Below, piece after piece: positions 1-10,877 of a stretch of 46,098 nt of DNA. Under the pieces are notes generated by a model, which saw nothing but the letters and a program-made list of their open reading frames with translations, was not told where the DNA came from and ran no database searches. Position 1 is the first letter of the stretch; the number at the start of each line of letters is the position of its first letter. The position numbers and the translations under genes are program-made. This DNA comes from Staphylococcus phage CUB-EPI_14. The stretch lies in the sequence record ON325435.2. One strand, given 5' to 3'.

Positions 1-534
1 ATGAGTGAAAATAAAACAGATGGACGAGTTACTAAAGGCAAGTATCATGACTGGATAACAGATGAAGGATTAAGGATTGTTGAAGGTTGGGCTAGAGACG
101 GATTAAGTAACAAACAGATAGCTCATAACATGGGTATTGATGAAGCAACGTATTATAAATGGCAGCATAAGTACGACAAGTTTAGAGAGGCAGTAAAGAA
201 AGGCAAAGAGGTTATCGACAGAGAGGTAGAGAACGCCCTACTCAAACGTGCATTAGGTTATGAAGCCGAAGAAACAAAGACATACTTTAAGAAGGGGAAG
301 AACGGAGAAGAAACCAAACATATCGAAAAGACAAAGAAACACATTGCAGCAGATACAACGTCTATGATCTTTTGGCTTAAGAATAGAAAGCCTGATGAGT
401 GGAATGATAGACGCGAGATCACACATACTGGATCTATAGACAGCAATGTTAAGATGTTTGAAACAGTAAGCACTGATGAATTGCGTGACATTGTAAGTGA
501 TGTTAAAGATATACTACGCGGCGACAATCAATAA
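1..534 (+). CDS. terS: terminase small subunit
   Basis: 177-aa ORF directly upstream of terL. The N-terminal region looks like an HTH, followed by a basic K/E-rich region typical of Staphylococcus-phage TerS. An SD-like AAGGGGG sits at the window end (46085-46091) if the sequence is circular. Confidence 0.7.
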   Translation: MSENKTDGRVTKGKYHDWITDEGLRIVEGWARDGLSNKQIAHNMGIDEATYYKWQHKYDKFREAVKKGKEVIDREVENALLKRALGYEAEETKTYFKKGKNGEETKHIEKTKKHIAADTTSMIFWLKNRKPDEWNDRREITHTGSIDSNVKMFETVSTDELRDIVSDVKDILRGDNQ

Positions 535-621
535 TATAACAAACTTATAACTCGCTCGTCATAGACTTATAATCCGAGCGGAACAAGATATATACAAGAT
601 AGGTAAACTAGGAGTGGTTAT

Positions 622-2007
622 ATGGTAAATAGTAAAGAAGTTATTTTAAAGCGAGCGCTATTCGAGTTGAGTAGGCGCTCGTATTTAGATTATGTGGAAC
701 AAGTGCATTACTATAAATACTTTCACATGAAGCATACAAGATACATAACAGATAGATTGCAACGAATAGCAGAGGGCGAGCAAAAGTATTTAATTGTTGA
801 GCTACCACCACGTCACAGTAAATCACAAACGATTACGGAGAGCTTTCCGTCATACTATTTAGGACTTAATCCACGTAATAGAGTAATAGCTACAGCATAC
901 AGTGACGGGCTGGCACGTAAGTTTGGTAGGCTTAACCGAAACAAATTAAAAGAGTTCGGCCAAGATATATTCGGCGTTGGATTGTCAGAGGATAATAGCA
1001 ACGCTAACAATTGGGATCTAGACAACGGTGTAGGTGGTATGGTGTCTACAGGTATTGGAGGATCTATAACTGGTATGGGTGCAGACTTATTAATTATAGA
1101 TGATCCAATCAAAAACAATGAAGAGGCACAATCACAAACCATGCGCGACAAAGTGTGGGACGAGTGGGAAACAACACTGTCAACACGATTACATAAAGGC
1201 GCAAGCGTCATCGTTGTTATGACACGTTGGCACGAAGATGACTTGGTAGGCCGATTGTTTGAACGTAGTCCATATAATTGGGAGCGTATAAGAATACCAG
1301 CAATAGCCGAAGATGATGACGACTTGTTAGGACGCGAGATAGGACAACCATTAGCGCCAGAGCTAGGATATGACAAAGAGTGGGCGGATCTTAAGAGTAA
1401 AGAAGTAGGAACAAAGACATGGCTTGCATTATACCAACAACGACCTACAGACAGTGAAGGGAATATATTCAACCGTAGTTGGTGGCAGTTCTATGATACA
1501 TTACCGAAATACTTTGATGAGCAAATACTCTCGTGGGACTTAACGTTCAAAGATAACAAAGACAATGACTATGTTGTAGGACAAGTGTGGGGACGTAGAC
1601 GTGCTAACTATTACTTAATAGATCAAGTGAGAGATCAAATGGATTTCCCTAATACGTTGGCGGCAGTGAGACAGTTATCTAGTCGTTATCCTATGGCAAG
1701 AATAAAACTCATAGAGGATAAGGCAAACGGTCCCGCAGTTATATCGACACTAAAAAAAGAGATAGCAGGTATCATACCGGTTAATCCTAAAGGTGGTAAG
1801 GTGTCTAGGGCGCAAGCAATCACACCATTCATTGAGAGTGGCAATGTATTTTTACCTAAGCACAAAGACTTCACATATGATTTAATAGAAGAGAGCGCAA
1901 GTTTTCCTAATGGGAAGCACGATGATATGGTGGATGCCATGAGCCAAGCGCTATCTCGTATGGCAACAAAACAAAGCGCTGGAATATCTAGCGTTAATAT
2001 TTGGTAG
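622..2007 (+). CDS. terL: terminase large subunit (ATPase + nuclease)
   Basis: 461-aa ORF. It has an ATPase region (LIIDDP Walker-B-like, VVMTRWHEDDL motif) and a C-terminal RNaseH-like nuclease region. Its position between terS and portal fits. Confidence 0.85.
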   Translation: MVNSKEVILKRALFELSRRSYLDYVEQVHYYKYFHMKHTRYITDRLQRIAEGEQKYLIVELPPRHSKSQTITESFPSYYLGLNPRNRVIATAYSDGLARKFGRLNRNKLKEFGQDIFGVGLSEDNSNANNWDLDNGVGGMVSTGIGGSITGMGADLLIIDDPIKNNEEAQSQTMRDKVWDEWETTLSTRLHKGASVIVVMTRWHEDDLVGRLFERSPYNWERIRIPAIAEDDDDLLGREIGQPLAPELGYDKEWADLKSKEVGTKTWLALYQQRPTDSEGNIFNRSWWQFYDTLPKYFDEQILSWDLTFKDNKDNDYVVGQVWGRRRANYYLIDQVRDQMDFPNTLAAVRQLSSRYPMARIKLIEDKANGPAVISTLKKEIAGIIPVNPKGGKVSRAQAITPFIESGNVFLPKHKDFTYDLIEESASFPNGKHDDMVDAMSQALSRMATKQSAGISSVNIW

Positions 2008-2017
2008 GAGGTTTAGT

Positions 2018-3730
2018 ATGTTACTTGAAACATTTAGCAATCAAGACATTATTGATGTGCATGGCGATATGTTTTTCTATCGCAGTATGTATAGAGGGGA
2101 ACATGCCAAGATATTTGAAAGGGCAAAAGATTTAGTCGATAAGGGAGAAGCAGTAGACGCGATTAGGTTTGGTAGTCAAAGTCGCGCTTCAAAGTTACAG
2201 ACACCTTACATCGTAGCTAACGTATCGAAGATGATTGTTGATATACCCTCAACGTTTATTAATCGTTCGTTAGGAGATATAGTAACAACAGTCAACAAAG
2301 AGTACGACGACATGAGCAATACATATGCTAATCGTGTTGATGAAGGTTACAAAGAACAAGACAATCAAATGAACGGTACAAACGAACAACAAGAAGCTGG
2401 GGATAACTCGAATAACTTTGTGAATAACCAGCAAGATATACAAGCTATCGAACAAGAAGAGTTAGAACTTAAAAGGTCACATCAACAAGAAGTGTTAGAT
2501 GAGATAGCAGACAACAGCAAGCTAGTAAGACAACATGGTATGAACTTAAGACAATGGCAAGTAGACGGTGGTATTGTAGCGGTACCTGAAATCATAAACG
2601 GGAAGCCGCGTATTAGTTTTAAAGAGCGTAATGTTTATTATGTTTTAGATGACGGTGTTACATATCAATTGCGTTACAGTATAGAACGTGACGAACAAAA
2701 GTATGTGCATGTTCACGAAGAGGTGGAAAACGAAACAAGTGTAGATGGGACTCATTATCTATATAAAGACAATGGCAATGATAAGTTGGAGTTGATTGAA
2801 GATAACGAACTGATAGAAGAGATTATAGGTATTCCGTCCGATCATTTACAATACACATTACATGATCGTAACCGTACACTATTTGTTTATTTACCTAACG
2901 AGCCTTCGTTTGATAATGAGTATGGTTGGAGTGCATTGTTCGGACAAGAAGGTAAGCAAGACGAGGTCAACTGGACGATTACAAGAGCAGCACAAACCTT
3001 TGAACGTAATGGTAAGCCGCGTATAAGTATCACTAAAGATATATGGGAACAATTACAAAATGCAGCGTTAGAAGAAACAGGCGACCCTCGTAAGATTAAT
3101 CATCGCAACTTAGAAATAACAACGATAGATGAACAGGGACACTCACTAGAAATTCATCAGATAGATACATCTAAGATTGGGGATATTCCATATGTTAAAG
3201 ACATAATCAAGTTCATGCTTATGGAAACACAAACAAGTGAGAAAGCAATCGACTTTTTTAGTGAAGGCAAATCATATTCAGAGAGTGGTACAGCTAAGTT
3301 CTATGATCTGTTCTTATCACTTATGAAAGCAGAACGATTACGCGCAGAGTATGTAGACTTCATACGTCAAGCGTTTGAGAACTGTTTATGGTTAGCAAGC
3401 GTACAAGATAACACAATAGAGATAGAACGTCCTGACATTATGCAAAGAGAGATGTTACCTATCACTTCTAAAGAACGTAGAGATATGAACAACGAAAGCT
3501 ATGAAGCAGGCACACAATCACTTGAAACAACATTACGCAATATCAATCCTGAGAAGTCTGATGATTGGATAGAGAATGAACTCGAGCGTATTGAAGAAGG
3601 CAAACCGTCTGTAGATAGTTTTAGTTTGTTTAACGGTCAACAGTCGTCATTAAACTTCAACGCCAACCGAGATGATAACGGAAATTATCCAGACGATATC
3701 AACAACACGACAGACGGAAGTAGTGAATAA
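2018..3730 (+). CDS. portal protein (SPP1 gp6-like)
   Basis: 570-aa ORF immediately after terL with an acidic C-terminus. Size and synteny are typical for a portal. Confidence 0.7.
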   Translation: MLLETFSNQDIIDVHGDMFFYRSMYRGEHAKIFERAKDLVDKGEAVDAIRFGSQSRASKLQTPYIVANVSKMIVDIPSTFINRSLGDIVTTVNKEYDDMSNTYANRVDEGYKEQDNQMNGTNEQQEAGDNSNNFVNNQQDIQAIEQEELELKRSHQQEVLDEIADNSKLVRQHGMNLRQWQVDGGIVAVPEIINGKPRISFKERNVYYVLDDGVTYQLRYSIERDEQKYVHVHEEVENETSVDGTHYLYKDNGNDKLELIEDNELIEEIIGIPSDHLQYTLHDRNRTLFVYLPNEPSFDNEYGWSALFGQEGKQDEVNWTITRAAQTFERNGKPRISITKDIWEQLQNAALEETGDPRKINHRNLEITTIDEQGHSLEIHQIDTSKIGDIPYVKDIIKFMLMETQTSEKAIDFFSEGKSYSESGTAKFYDLFLSLMKAERLRAEYVDFIRQAFENCLWLASVQDNTIEIERPDIMQREMLPITSKERRDMNNESYEAGTQSLETTLRNINPEKSDDWIENELERIEEGKPSVDSFSLFNGQQSSLNFNANRDDNGNYPDDINNTTDGSSE

Positions 3731-3732
3731 CC

Positions 3733-4770
3733 ATGAAGGAAAATCAAGTCAAAGAAATGGTACTGTTTCTACAACGTCAAATATCTTTTTTAATATTGAA
3801 CGCTAACTTATTAGACGACAAAGAAAAAGATAAGATGTTACGAAACATAAACCACCTTATAGAGATAAACCATTACAACGTAACAGAGTTGGTCGGAGAA
3901 GAGTTAGCTAACGAATACCAACAAGAGTTAGAAAATGCCGAAGCGTTATTGCAAGAGCGAGGGTTGGAGTTAAGTACAGCCCTCAACTCAATGGCGCAAG
4001 ACAACGCGATAAGAATTATTGTTAGCGATACAATGGCCGACCTATCAGCAGCATATAGAACAGCACGAATAAACATGACGAAGAATATCGAAAAGACTAT
4101 CGGAGAAGTTAAAGAAGAAATTGCTAAGGGCATCATGTATGGCGATACTAGAAAGAAAACAACTAAACGTGTACAAGAGGCATTTCTTAAAGAGGGTATG
4201 ACATCGTTCGTTACGAGTGACGGTAAACAATTGCCGTTAGACTTCTATAGCGAAACAGTAGTTAGAACTAAAACACGTACCGCACGAATAAATGCACACG
4301 TTAACACTTACGAAGGTTATGGTGTTAACCTAGTCGAAGTTGTTGGTGCAAGTGATCCATGCCCGCACTGTGGTGCATATCATGACATGGTATTCTCAAC
4401 AGACGGAAAAGATAAACGATTCCCCCACCTTAACGTAAGGAATGTATTTCCGTTACACCCTAACTGTAGATGTAGTGTCATTCCTTTCGTTGCTCAACTA
4501 GAAGATGAGGAAGTCGTACAAGATAAGATTAATCTATCTAAAGAGTTTGATCCGACGAAAGATAGAAGAACGGAAGAACAAAAGGCCTCATACAAGAAAA
4601 TGCAAGACGCTAGAAGGAAAGCAAGACAAGAAGTCAAAGAATATGATAAAATTAAAAGTATATTAGGTAATGACGCGCCTAAAAATATTGGTGCTTATCG
4701 TCGTATGAAACGTAACAAGTCAAAAGGTTACTTAGAAATACAAAGGCGAATGAGAGCGCTAAGTAGTTAA
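3733..4770 (+). CDS. minor head / head morphogenesis protein (phage Mu F / SPP1 gp7-like)
   Basis: 345-aa ORF following the portal. It is translationally coupled to the portal gene: the portal stop and this start are 2 nt apart. Confidence 0.55.
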   Translation: MKENQVKEMVLFLQRQISFLILNANLLDDKEKDKMLRNINHLIEINHYNVTELVGEELANEYQQELENAEALLQERGLELSTALNSMAQDNAIRIIVSDTMADLSAAYRTARINMTKNIEKTIGEVKEEIAKGIMYGDTRKKTTKRVQEAFLKEGMTSFVTSDGKQLPLDFYSETVVRTKTRTARINAHVNTYEGYGVNLVEVVGASDPCPHCGAYHDMVFSTDGKDKRFPHLNVRNVFPLHPNCRCSVIPFVAQLEDEEVVQDKINLSKEFDPTKDRRTEEQKASYKKMQDARRKARQEVKEYDKIKSILGNDAPKNIGAYRRMKRNKSKGYLEIQRRMRALSS

Positions 4771-4885
4771 AGCGTATGACCTGACGTAAGTCGTAAAAAG
4801 ACGTGTCGTTTTGTTGTGTACGTTAACACGACACTCTAAAATTTGCTGATAAAACAGTGTCAAAAAATGTAAAGGAGTTAAGACA

Positions 4886-5518
4886 ATGGAAAGAAAATTT
4901 TTAAAAGATTTAGGTGTCGAAGATGAAGCTATCGACAAAATTATGGACGAACACGGAAAGGCTACTAACCAATTAAGAGATCAACTAAACAAAAACAAGA
5001 ATGATCTTAAAGAGGTTAAAGAACAACGCGATGAATACCAAAGTAAGTTAAAGAACAATGAGTTTAACGAGGATAAACTTAATGCCTTACAAACTAAATA
5101 CGATGAAGCATTAGGTAAAATCGACAATTACGAACAACAATTAAACACTCAATCTTTAGAGAAAGATATTATCAAACGTATTCCTAACGCATACGATACA
5201 GACGATGTGTTGACGTTATTAAATCGCGATAAGTTCGAATATGATGACGATGGCAAAGTCACAAACTTAGATGAAGTGTTAGACGCTTTCAAAGAAGCTA
5301 AACCTAACCTATTCAAAGACGAAGGCGGACAACCAACGCCAACAACTGGAGAAGGTAAAGGAGAAGGCAAAGGAGAAAGCGGAGGCAATGACGAAGGTGG
5401 CAACACAGGTAATCGTTATGGCTATAGATCAGGTGTTACAAAAGGCAACCCTAAAGGCGAAACAGATCATGACAAACTAGGCAAAGAGTTAGCCGATAAG
5501 TTTGGTAAGATGATATAA
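4886..5518 (+). CDS. scaffolding protein
   Basis: 210-aa, highly charged coiled-coil-like protein with a G/E/K-rich tail, upstream of the capsid gene. Confidence 0.55.
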   Translation: MERKFLKDLGVEDEAIDKIMDEHGKATNQLRDQLNKNKNDLKEVKEQRDEYQSKLKNNEFNEDKLNALQTKYDEALGKIDNYEQQLNTQSLEKDIIKRIPNAYDTDDVLTLLNRDKFEYDDDGKVTNLDEVLDAFKEAKPNLFKDEGGQPTPTTGEGKGEGKGESGGNDEGGNTGNRYGYRSGVTKGNPKGETDHDKLGKELADKFGKMI

Positions 5519-5634
5519 GCTATAGCGTTTTGTATATTTACTGGTATAATAGTTACAGTCACAACATCTAAGGTGCGATACTGTTTCAATCCGTTGTAGA
5601 CTATTTATATATCTAATCAAGAGGAGGAATAGAA

Positions 5635-6006
5635 ATGAACTTGAAACCAGTTACTAATCAAGTTGTAGACAACCAACCTAAATTTATTATGAGCGGTAAA
5701 AATTTAGAATGGTCTGTAGGTCAAGTTACTTTAGACGCTTCTAAATTCCAAGAGGGAGAAGTTGTCAAAGCAGGCACAGCTTTATTTAGAGATCCAAGCA
5801 CTAAACTATATGAAAAAGTTACAGGCGACACACCTGAAACTATGGAAGCACCAGTGCTAACTGGAGCAACTGTTGTTATCAAAGGAACAGAGTCTAATGA
5901 AACTGTATCAGGTCTTAAAAAAGGATCTGTTTATAGCGAGTTGTTAACTGGAGCAACAGACAACTTCAAAAAAGCAGTACAAGGCCGCATTGTATTTGAT
6001 CTATAA
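5635..6006 (+). CDS. hypothetical head-associated protein
   Basis: 123-aa ORF with a strong SD (AGGAGGA), between the scaffold and major capsid genes. Confidence 0.45.
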   Translation: MNLKPVTNQVVDNQPKFIMSGKNLEWSVGQVTLDASKFQEGEVVKAGTALFRDPSTKLYEKVTGDTPETMEAPVLTGATVVIKGTESNETVSGLKKGSVYSELLTGATDNFKKAVQGRIVFDL

Positions 6007-6041
6007 TACAAGCGATAATACATAACTAGGAGGAATAAATA

Positions 6042-7061
6042 ATGCCATTTATTACGGAGAATGAAAACTTACAACAAGCTACGTTGCAGTCTTACATTTC
6101 TAATCGTGAATCCGAAAAAGTAAGACGCCTAGCTAAGTCTTACCCTGATGAACAAGTGTTTGAAATTAACAACGCTTTTAACATCATTGAAGATACTGGT
6201 ATCAAAGCCGGTTCTATTATTGGTTTTGACGCTGAAACACCAATCAGAACTAAACCTCAATTACAACAAAAATTAGTGTCACTTTCTAAAATCGCACATG
6301 CACATCACTACACAGAAGAAGAGTTATATAAATACTTCAACCCACGTAGTGAAGCAGAGTCACTTAAAATCATTCAAGACGCGTTCATGAGCATTAATGC
6401 TTTAGACGAAGGTATTGAAGATACTAAAGAATACATTCGCGCACAAATGACTTACAACGGTAAGCTAGAGTTAGAAGATCCTAAGTCACAAGTTAAGATT
6501 GGATTTGAGTTTGACTTACCAGAAGAAACATTCATGCAATCAAATGACTTTGCGTCTGACGATGTAAACCCTATCGAAGTGTTAGAACAATTGGTAGAAC
6601 GTTACCAAGAAAACAATAACCAAACAGCGCCGGCTTATATGGTTATGAACAGAAAAACATATAACAAAATTCGTCGTAACAAAAACGTCGTAGCACAGTT
6701 ATATGGTAATGCTTCAGACGGACGTTTAGTTCGCAATGAAGATATGGAAACAATGTTCGCAGACTTTGGATTACCAACATTAGAAATCGACGACAATGTA
6801 ACAATCATTGAAGGATTAACTGAAGATGTACGTCACAAACACTTAGAAGATGACAAAGTTGTTATGCACGCTGAACAATTAGGTAACACATTAATTGGTC
6901 CAGCAGCAGACAATAACTTTGCTATCGGTAAATATGTTGTTAACGTACAAGACAGAGATCCAATCAGCGAGAAAACTATTGTTGGAGAAGTAACAATCCC
7001 AGTGCTTAAAAACCCTAAAGGCGTTGTTATCTTAGAAGCTAAAGGAAACGACACACCCTAA
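6042..7061 (+). CDS. major capsid protein (HK97 fold)
   Basis: 339-aa ORF with a strong SD, positioned after the scaffold. A hairpin follows it (7070-7095). Confidence 0.75.
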   Translation: MPFITENENLQQATLQSYISNRESEKVRRLAKSYPDEQVFEINNAFNIIEDTGIKAGSIIGFDAETPIRTKPQLQQKLVSLSKIAHAHHYTEEELYKYFNPRSEAESLKIIQDAFMSINALDEGIEDTKEYIRAQMTYNGKLELEDPKSQVKIGFEFDLPEETFMQSNDFASDDVNPIEVLEQLVERYQENNNQTAPAYMVMNRKTYNKIRRNKNVVAQLYGNASDGRLVRNEDMETMFADFGLPTLEIDDNVTIIEGLTEDVRHKHLEDDKVVMHAEQLGNTLIGPAADNNFAIGKYVVNVQDRDPISEKTIVGEVTIPVLKNPKGVVILEAKGNDTP

Positions 7062-7132
7062 GCAACCTCGAAAGGTCGAAGTTGAAACGGGTAGTGATAG
7101 CGTGACAATCTCGACTGAATAGAGGTGCTTAA

Positions 7133-7498
7133 ATGTTTGACGCTAAGAAAACTATTGATTACTTCAAACGCACACCGGCATATAAGAATAAAAGCTACGC
7201 GAATATGAACGACGATGAATTAGAGTCTGTTCTATTCGACGCATATGAGGACATCGTTTCACTATATCCTAGTGTGACGGTGTCGCCTCGTATGATAGTT
7301 AAACAAATGCTTTTCAAGAAAGAAGCCGACGATAGCGGCTTTGGTATGGCTCAAAGACATGGGCTAGCTAGTAGAAAGATTAATGACGCTAGCATTACAT
7401 TTAGTGGCAACTATAGTTTGTTCGATCCTTACGTTTGGCAAATGATACAAGCGCAACTAGACGATAGGTTAAGGGGAGGTTTCGGACATCTTGTTTGA
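7133..7498 (+). CDS. head-tail connector / DNA-packaging (gp6/gp15-like) protein
   Basis: 121-aa ORF that is first in a run of four small overlapping head-tail joining genes. Confidence 0.45.
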   Translation: MFDAKKTIDYFKRTPAYKNKSYANMNDDELESVLFDAYEDIVSLYPSVTVSPRMIVKQMLFKKEADDSGFGMAQRHGLASRKINDASITFSGNYSLFDPYVWQMIQAQLDDRLRGGFGHLV

Positions 7499-7838
7499 TC
7501 CAATCATTCTTTTTAACGACACAGTAAAAATAAGAATACCGCAAATCATTGACGGTAAATTAATCAAAGATAAATACGGTAGATCCTTGAGGGAAACAAG
7601 AGAAGTCCCAGCTCATGTTAGATATAGCATGACGAATTATTACACTAACGATGGCGAAGGCAGAACGTCTGACGCTCAAGTGTATATCCCTGATGAAGAA
7701 ATCACTCGCCTAATTGATTATGAAACACGTATCATACACACCAATCCTAGTGGCGATGAACAAACTAGAGCAATACAGAAAATAGAATACGGCCAAGATG
7801 TAACCGGAGCGAATGTATTTATTAAGGTGTATCTATGA
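7491..7838 (+). CDS. head closure / head-tail adaptor protein
   Basis: 115-aa ORF overlapping its neighbours (ATGA-type coupling). Confidence 0.45.
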   Translation: MFDPIILFNDTVKIRIPQIIDGKLIKDKYGRSLRETREVPAHVRYSMTNYYTNDGEGRTSDAQVYIPDEEITRLIDYETRIIHTNPSGDEQTRAIQKIEYGQDVTGANVFIKVYL

Positions 7839-8320
7839 GCAATGGACGTATAAGTATCAATATCGAGTTAGAAGGTTTCGAAGAGTTTGCAGACGCAATG
7901 GCTAAAATGCCGAAAGTGTTAATGCACAACTTATCAAAAGAGCTAGGATATGCAGCATTGACAGCCGAGAGGTTGGCAAGACAACTTGCGCCTAGAGATA
8001 CCGGAGAACTCGAGGACAGCATACATGCAGGCGCTATAAAGCGAGAAGGCGGTGCGCTTGTTACTTACATTGGTACAAACATGGAGTACGCAAAATATGT
8101 TCATGAGTTATCGTCTAATCGTATTGGGGATAAGTACGACAAAGGTGTCAAGATCACTGGCTACTATGTAGACGGTAGAGGACAACGAACACGAGATAAA
8201 CCAAGCATAAAAGGTTACAAGCCCGGACGTAAATATTTAAGAAACGCTATTGTTCTAACCGAGCCATATTTAGAAAAAGCAATGAACAGAGCTATTGAAA
8301 AAACATTGGGAGGTGTCTAA
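7835..8320 (+). CDS. tail component (HK97 gp10-like)
   Basis: 161-aa ORF. Assigned by synteny. Confidence 0.45.
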   Translation: MSNGRISINIELEGFEEFADAMAKMPKVLMHNLSKELGYAALTAERLARQLAPRDTGELEDSIHAGAIKREGGALVTYIGTNMEYAKYVHELSSNRIGDKYDKGVKITGYYVDGRGQRTRDKPSIKGYKPGRKYLRNAIVLTEPYLEKAMNRAIEKTLGGV

Positions 8321-8703
8321 TGATACAGGAATACATAAAGGACAAACTAGAGCCTAAGTTTAATGACTTAGAATGGAGTGTCGACTATAAAACGTCTGAC
8401 GGTAATTATGGCGCTGTCTACTATGACGGTGGCGATATGCCTGATAGAAACGATTTAAAAGGCCGACACGTAAATTACCAAGTCGTTATACAACATGAAG
8501 ATTTTGAACGTGCCGAAAGGATAGCGTTTGGTGTGTTTGACATAATTCATGGTATTATAGGTATTAGGACGTATCATTATGACACGCCTTTGTTTGTTCA
8601 ATACATATATGCTGAAACAGAGCCAATGCGTATCGGCGTAATAAACGACAGAATGGTTTATACAATTAATTTCAATGCTTTAGTTTATAAAGACTATTGC
8701 TAA
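8320..8703 (+). CDS. tail completion protein
   Basis: 127-aa ORF immediately before the major tail gene. Confidence 0.4.
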   Translation: MIQEYIKDKLEPKFNDLEWSVDYKTSDGNYGAVYYDGGDMPDRNDLKGRHVNYQVVIQHEDFERAERIAFGVFDIIHGIIGIRTYHYDTPLFVQYIYAETEPMRIGVINDRMVYTINFNALVYKDYC

Positions 8704-8721
8704 AAAATAGGAGGAATACAT

Positions 8722-9561
8722 ATGTTAGCAAGAGGTGCAACAGCACAAAAATATAACTTTGGTATGGCTGACTTCATTATTGACGAAGGTTTACCAACAG
8801 AGATTAGATTTGACGGGCGCTTATGTTCTGATAACTCATACTTACAAGCTGACGGTGGGGAAATCAGTTTAGAGCCTGAAACAGAGGACATCGTACTCAA
8901 AGACTTTTCAGAAAAAAACTATGACTACGTTATCACTGGTTGGGACGGTAAAGTAACAATTAACGCAAGTGCATACACACTTAAATTAATGAGTGCTTTA
9001 TTCACAGGTACTTATACAGGTGTAGACAAAGAAGGTAATATCCAATGGATTACTGACGCGCCTATCGGATCTTCAATGCGCGAGAACGCTCACTCAATCC
9101 GTATCCACCCAAGACAAATGGGCGATGATCGTTCAGAGGACATCTTTATTTATAAAGCAGTTAACACTAGTGGTTTCAATAGAGAGTTCGACAACGAACA
9201 AGCGTCACACGAAATTGAATTAGCTATCTTGCCTAAAGATTGTGCAGACGCAAGCAAACCTAATAACTATTTCTTTATTGGCGAAGATCCAAAAGACTTT
9301 GATGAAAAAGACGTTTACCAAGGATATTGGAGCAGTGAAGATGTAGGTACTAACTACAATAAATTACCTTTAGTTGGAGATGTTAGAGATCAAGACGATG
9401 ACGCTGATGTAGGTACTGACGGTGATCCAACTGATACAACTGACAACAATCCAACTGGAGATGTAGAGGATCCAGATCCAGACATGGAAAGAAAACCTGA
9501 CGATCCTACAGACGTTAACGTAGAGCCGGGAGAAACAAGCGCAGACGTTAGCGCTCAATAA
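8722..9561 (+). CDS. major tail protein
   Basis: 279-aa ORF with an AGGAGGA SD and an acidic D/T/P-rich C-terminal extension. It sits upstream of the chaperone and TMP genes. Confidence 0.65.
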   Translation: MLARGATAQKYNFGMADFIIDEGLPTEIRFDGRLCSDNSYLQADGGEISLEPETEDIVLKDFSEKNYDYVITGWDGKVTINASAYTLKLMSALFTGTYTGVDKEGNIQWITDAPIGSSMRENAHSIRIHPRQMGDDRSEDIFIYKAVNTSGFNREFDNEQASHEIELAILPKDCADASKPNNYFFIGEDPKDFDEKDVYQGYWSSEDVGTNYNKLPLVGDVRDQDDDADVGTDGDPTDTTDNNPTGDVEDPDPDMERKPDDPTDVNVEPGETSADVSAQ

Positions 9562-9593
9562 ATAACGTAAAATACCTATAGGGAGGTTATACA

Positions 9594-10211
9594 ATGGCTT
9601 TAACACTATTAGTATATAGAGCTGGAGAAGTTATCAAACGACAACCAGCAGCCGAAAGAGGGCGTACTACAGTTACAATTGACGGTTTAGAAAGTAACAC
9701 GACTTATGATGAAGGTGACTTCAAATTAGCGTGGACTGACGGAAACCTAGAAAGTGATAAAGTAAATGTACCGGAGTTTAAAACAAACAAAGTAGGTGTG
9801 ACTAGTATCACATCTACACCGGAAACAGTTTCTTTAAAAGTTGGAGAAACACAACAAATCAGCACAGTAGTTACGCCTGACGGAGCTAACGATAAGTCTG
9901 TGACTTATTCAACAAACAATCAACCAGTGGCAACTGTCACACAAGATGGATTGATTACAGCAGAGTCGTCAGGCCAAGCTACAATCACAGTTAAATCTAA
10001 CGACAATCCAACAGCAACATTTAAAGTTAGAGTAACTGTAAAAGATGAACCAGTTGAAGAACAACCGGAAGAAGAACAACCAAGCACTGACGACACACCT
10101 TCTACAGATCAACCAAGCACTGATGATACAACATCAACTGAACAACCTAACGAGCCAAGCGAAGATCCTAATGCGGGGGCTGACGGAACATCTGACGCTG
10201 AAACTCAATAA
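9594..10211 (+). CDS. Ig-like (Big_2-type) domain protein, probable tail decoration
   Basis: 205-aa ORF with its own SD (GGGAGG). The central region looks like a bacterial Ig-like domain (ITAESSGQATITVKS). It has an acidic, proline-containing STDDTPSTDQP tail. Confidence 0.55.
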   Translation: MALTLLVYRAGEVIKRQPAAERGRTTVTIDGLESNTTYDEGDFKLAWTDGNLESDKVNVPEFKTNKVGVTSITSTPETVSLKVGETQQISTVVTPDGANDKSVTYSTNNQPVATVTQDGLITAESSGQATITVKSNDNPTATFKVRVTVKDEPVEEQPEEEQPSTDDTPSTDQPSTDDTTSTEQPNEPSEDPNAGADGTSDAETQ

Positions 10212-10242
10212 TTAAAAAGGTTTAACTATATTGCAATATTTA

Positions 10243-10272
10243 GGCTAGGCGTTGAAGCGCTTAGCCTTTTTT
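10243..10272 (+). terminator. probable rho-independent terminator or attenuator after the Ig-like gene
   Basis: Imperfect GC-rich hairpin AGGCTAGGCG-TTGAA-GCGCTTAGCCT followed by TTTTTTATT. Confidence 0.5.
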
Positions 10273-10340
10273 ATTAGTGAAATTGTTTTTGTGATATGAT
10301 ATTATTAAATGAGAATAAAAAAAGTTAAAGGAGATCAAAA

Positions 10341-10877
10341 ATGACAATTGAACTAATTACACAAACAAACGAAGGAAAAGTAACGAAAACGCATGAAGTA
10401 CAAGAAATGAACATCAAACAAGTGGCTAAAGTCGCAAAAGGTGTTTCTAGAATTGTTAACTTCATTAATAAAAACGATAAATTACAAAATGCTATTAAAA
10501 CATTCACTGAAACTCGTGCCGAAGTAATTAAAGAAGCACAAGCATATTACGAAGAATACAAAGACGAAAAAGACGTACCTGAATACGATGTAGGTGGAGT
10601 TACATTACAACGTGCAGCAGGTTATGTATGGAATGACATTTTAGGCGTATTAAGCGACCTATTATATGAAATTCCAGAAACAGTTATCGAAGTAGTTGCA
10701 GAAGCAAGCAACATCAACCCTAAAATCTTAGAAGCACAAGACATCGAAACATTTATTGATGTTATTGACGAAACTATTCAAGTTAACGACATCGAAAAAC
10801 TAATCGGACGAGTAAAAAAGTTAGGCAACTCGTTGAAGCCGATGTTCAAACTCAACAACAACAAAGAGGAACAGTAA
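10341..10877 (+). CDS. tail assembly chaperone (gpG-like)
   Basis: 178-aa acidic protein immediately upstream of the TMP gene. Confidence 0.6.
   Translation: MTIELITQTNEGKVTKTHEVQEMNIKQVAKVAKGVSRIVNFINKNDKLQNAIKTFTETRAEVIKEAQAYYEEYKDEKDVPEYDVGGVTLQRAAGYVWNDILGVLSDLLYEIPETVIEVVAEASNINPKILEAQDIETFIDVIDETIQVNDIEKLIGRVKKLGNSLKPMFKLNNNKEEQ

Noticed and set aside
258-527. Minus-strand ORFs listed in the track (e.g. 258..527, 855..1472, 5149..5406, 20763..20987, 44422..44682)
   Set aside because: All are embedded antisense to well-supported + strand genes, lack SD sequences and have biased junk composition. Overall the genome shows strict unidirectional organisation.
9561-9594. Possible frameshift fusion of the major tail protein to the downstream Ig-like ORF
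   Set aside because: The Ig-like ORF has its own strong SD (GGGAGG) and ATG. No slippery heptamer is evident near the major tail protein stop, so I treat it as a separate gene.
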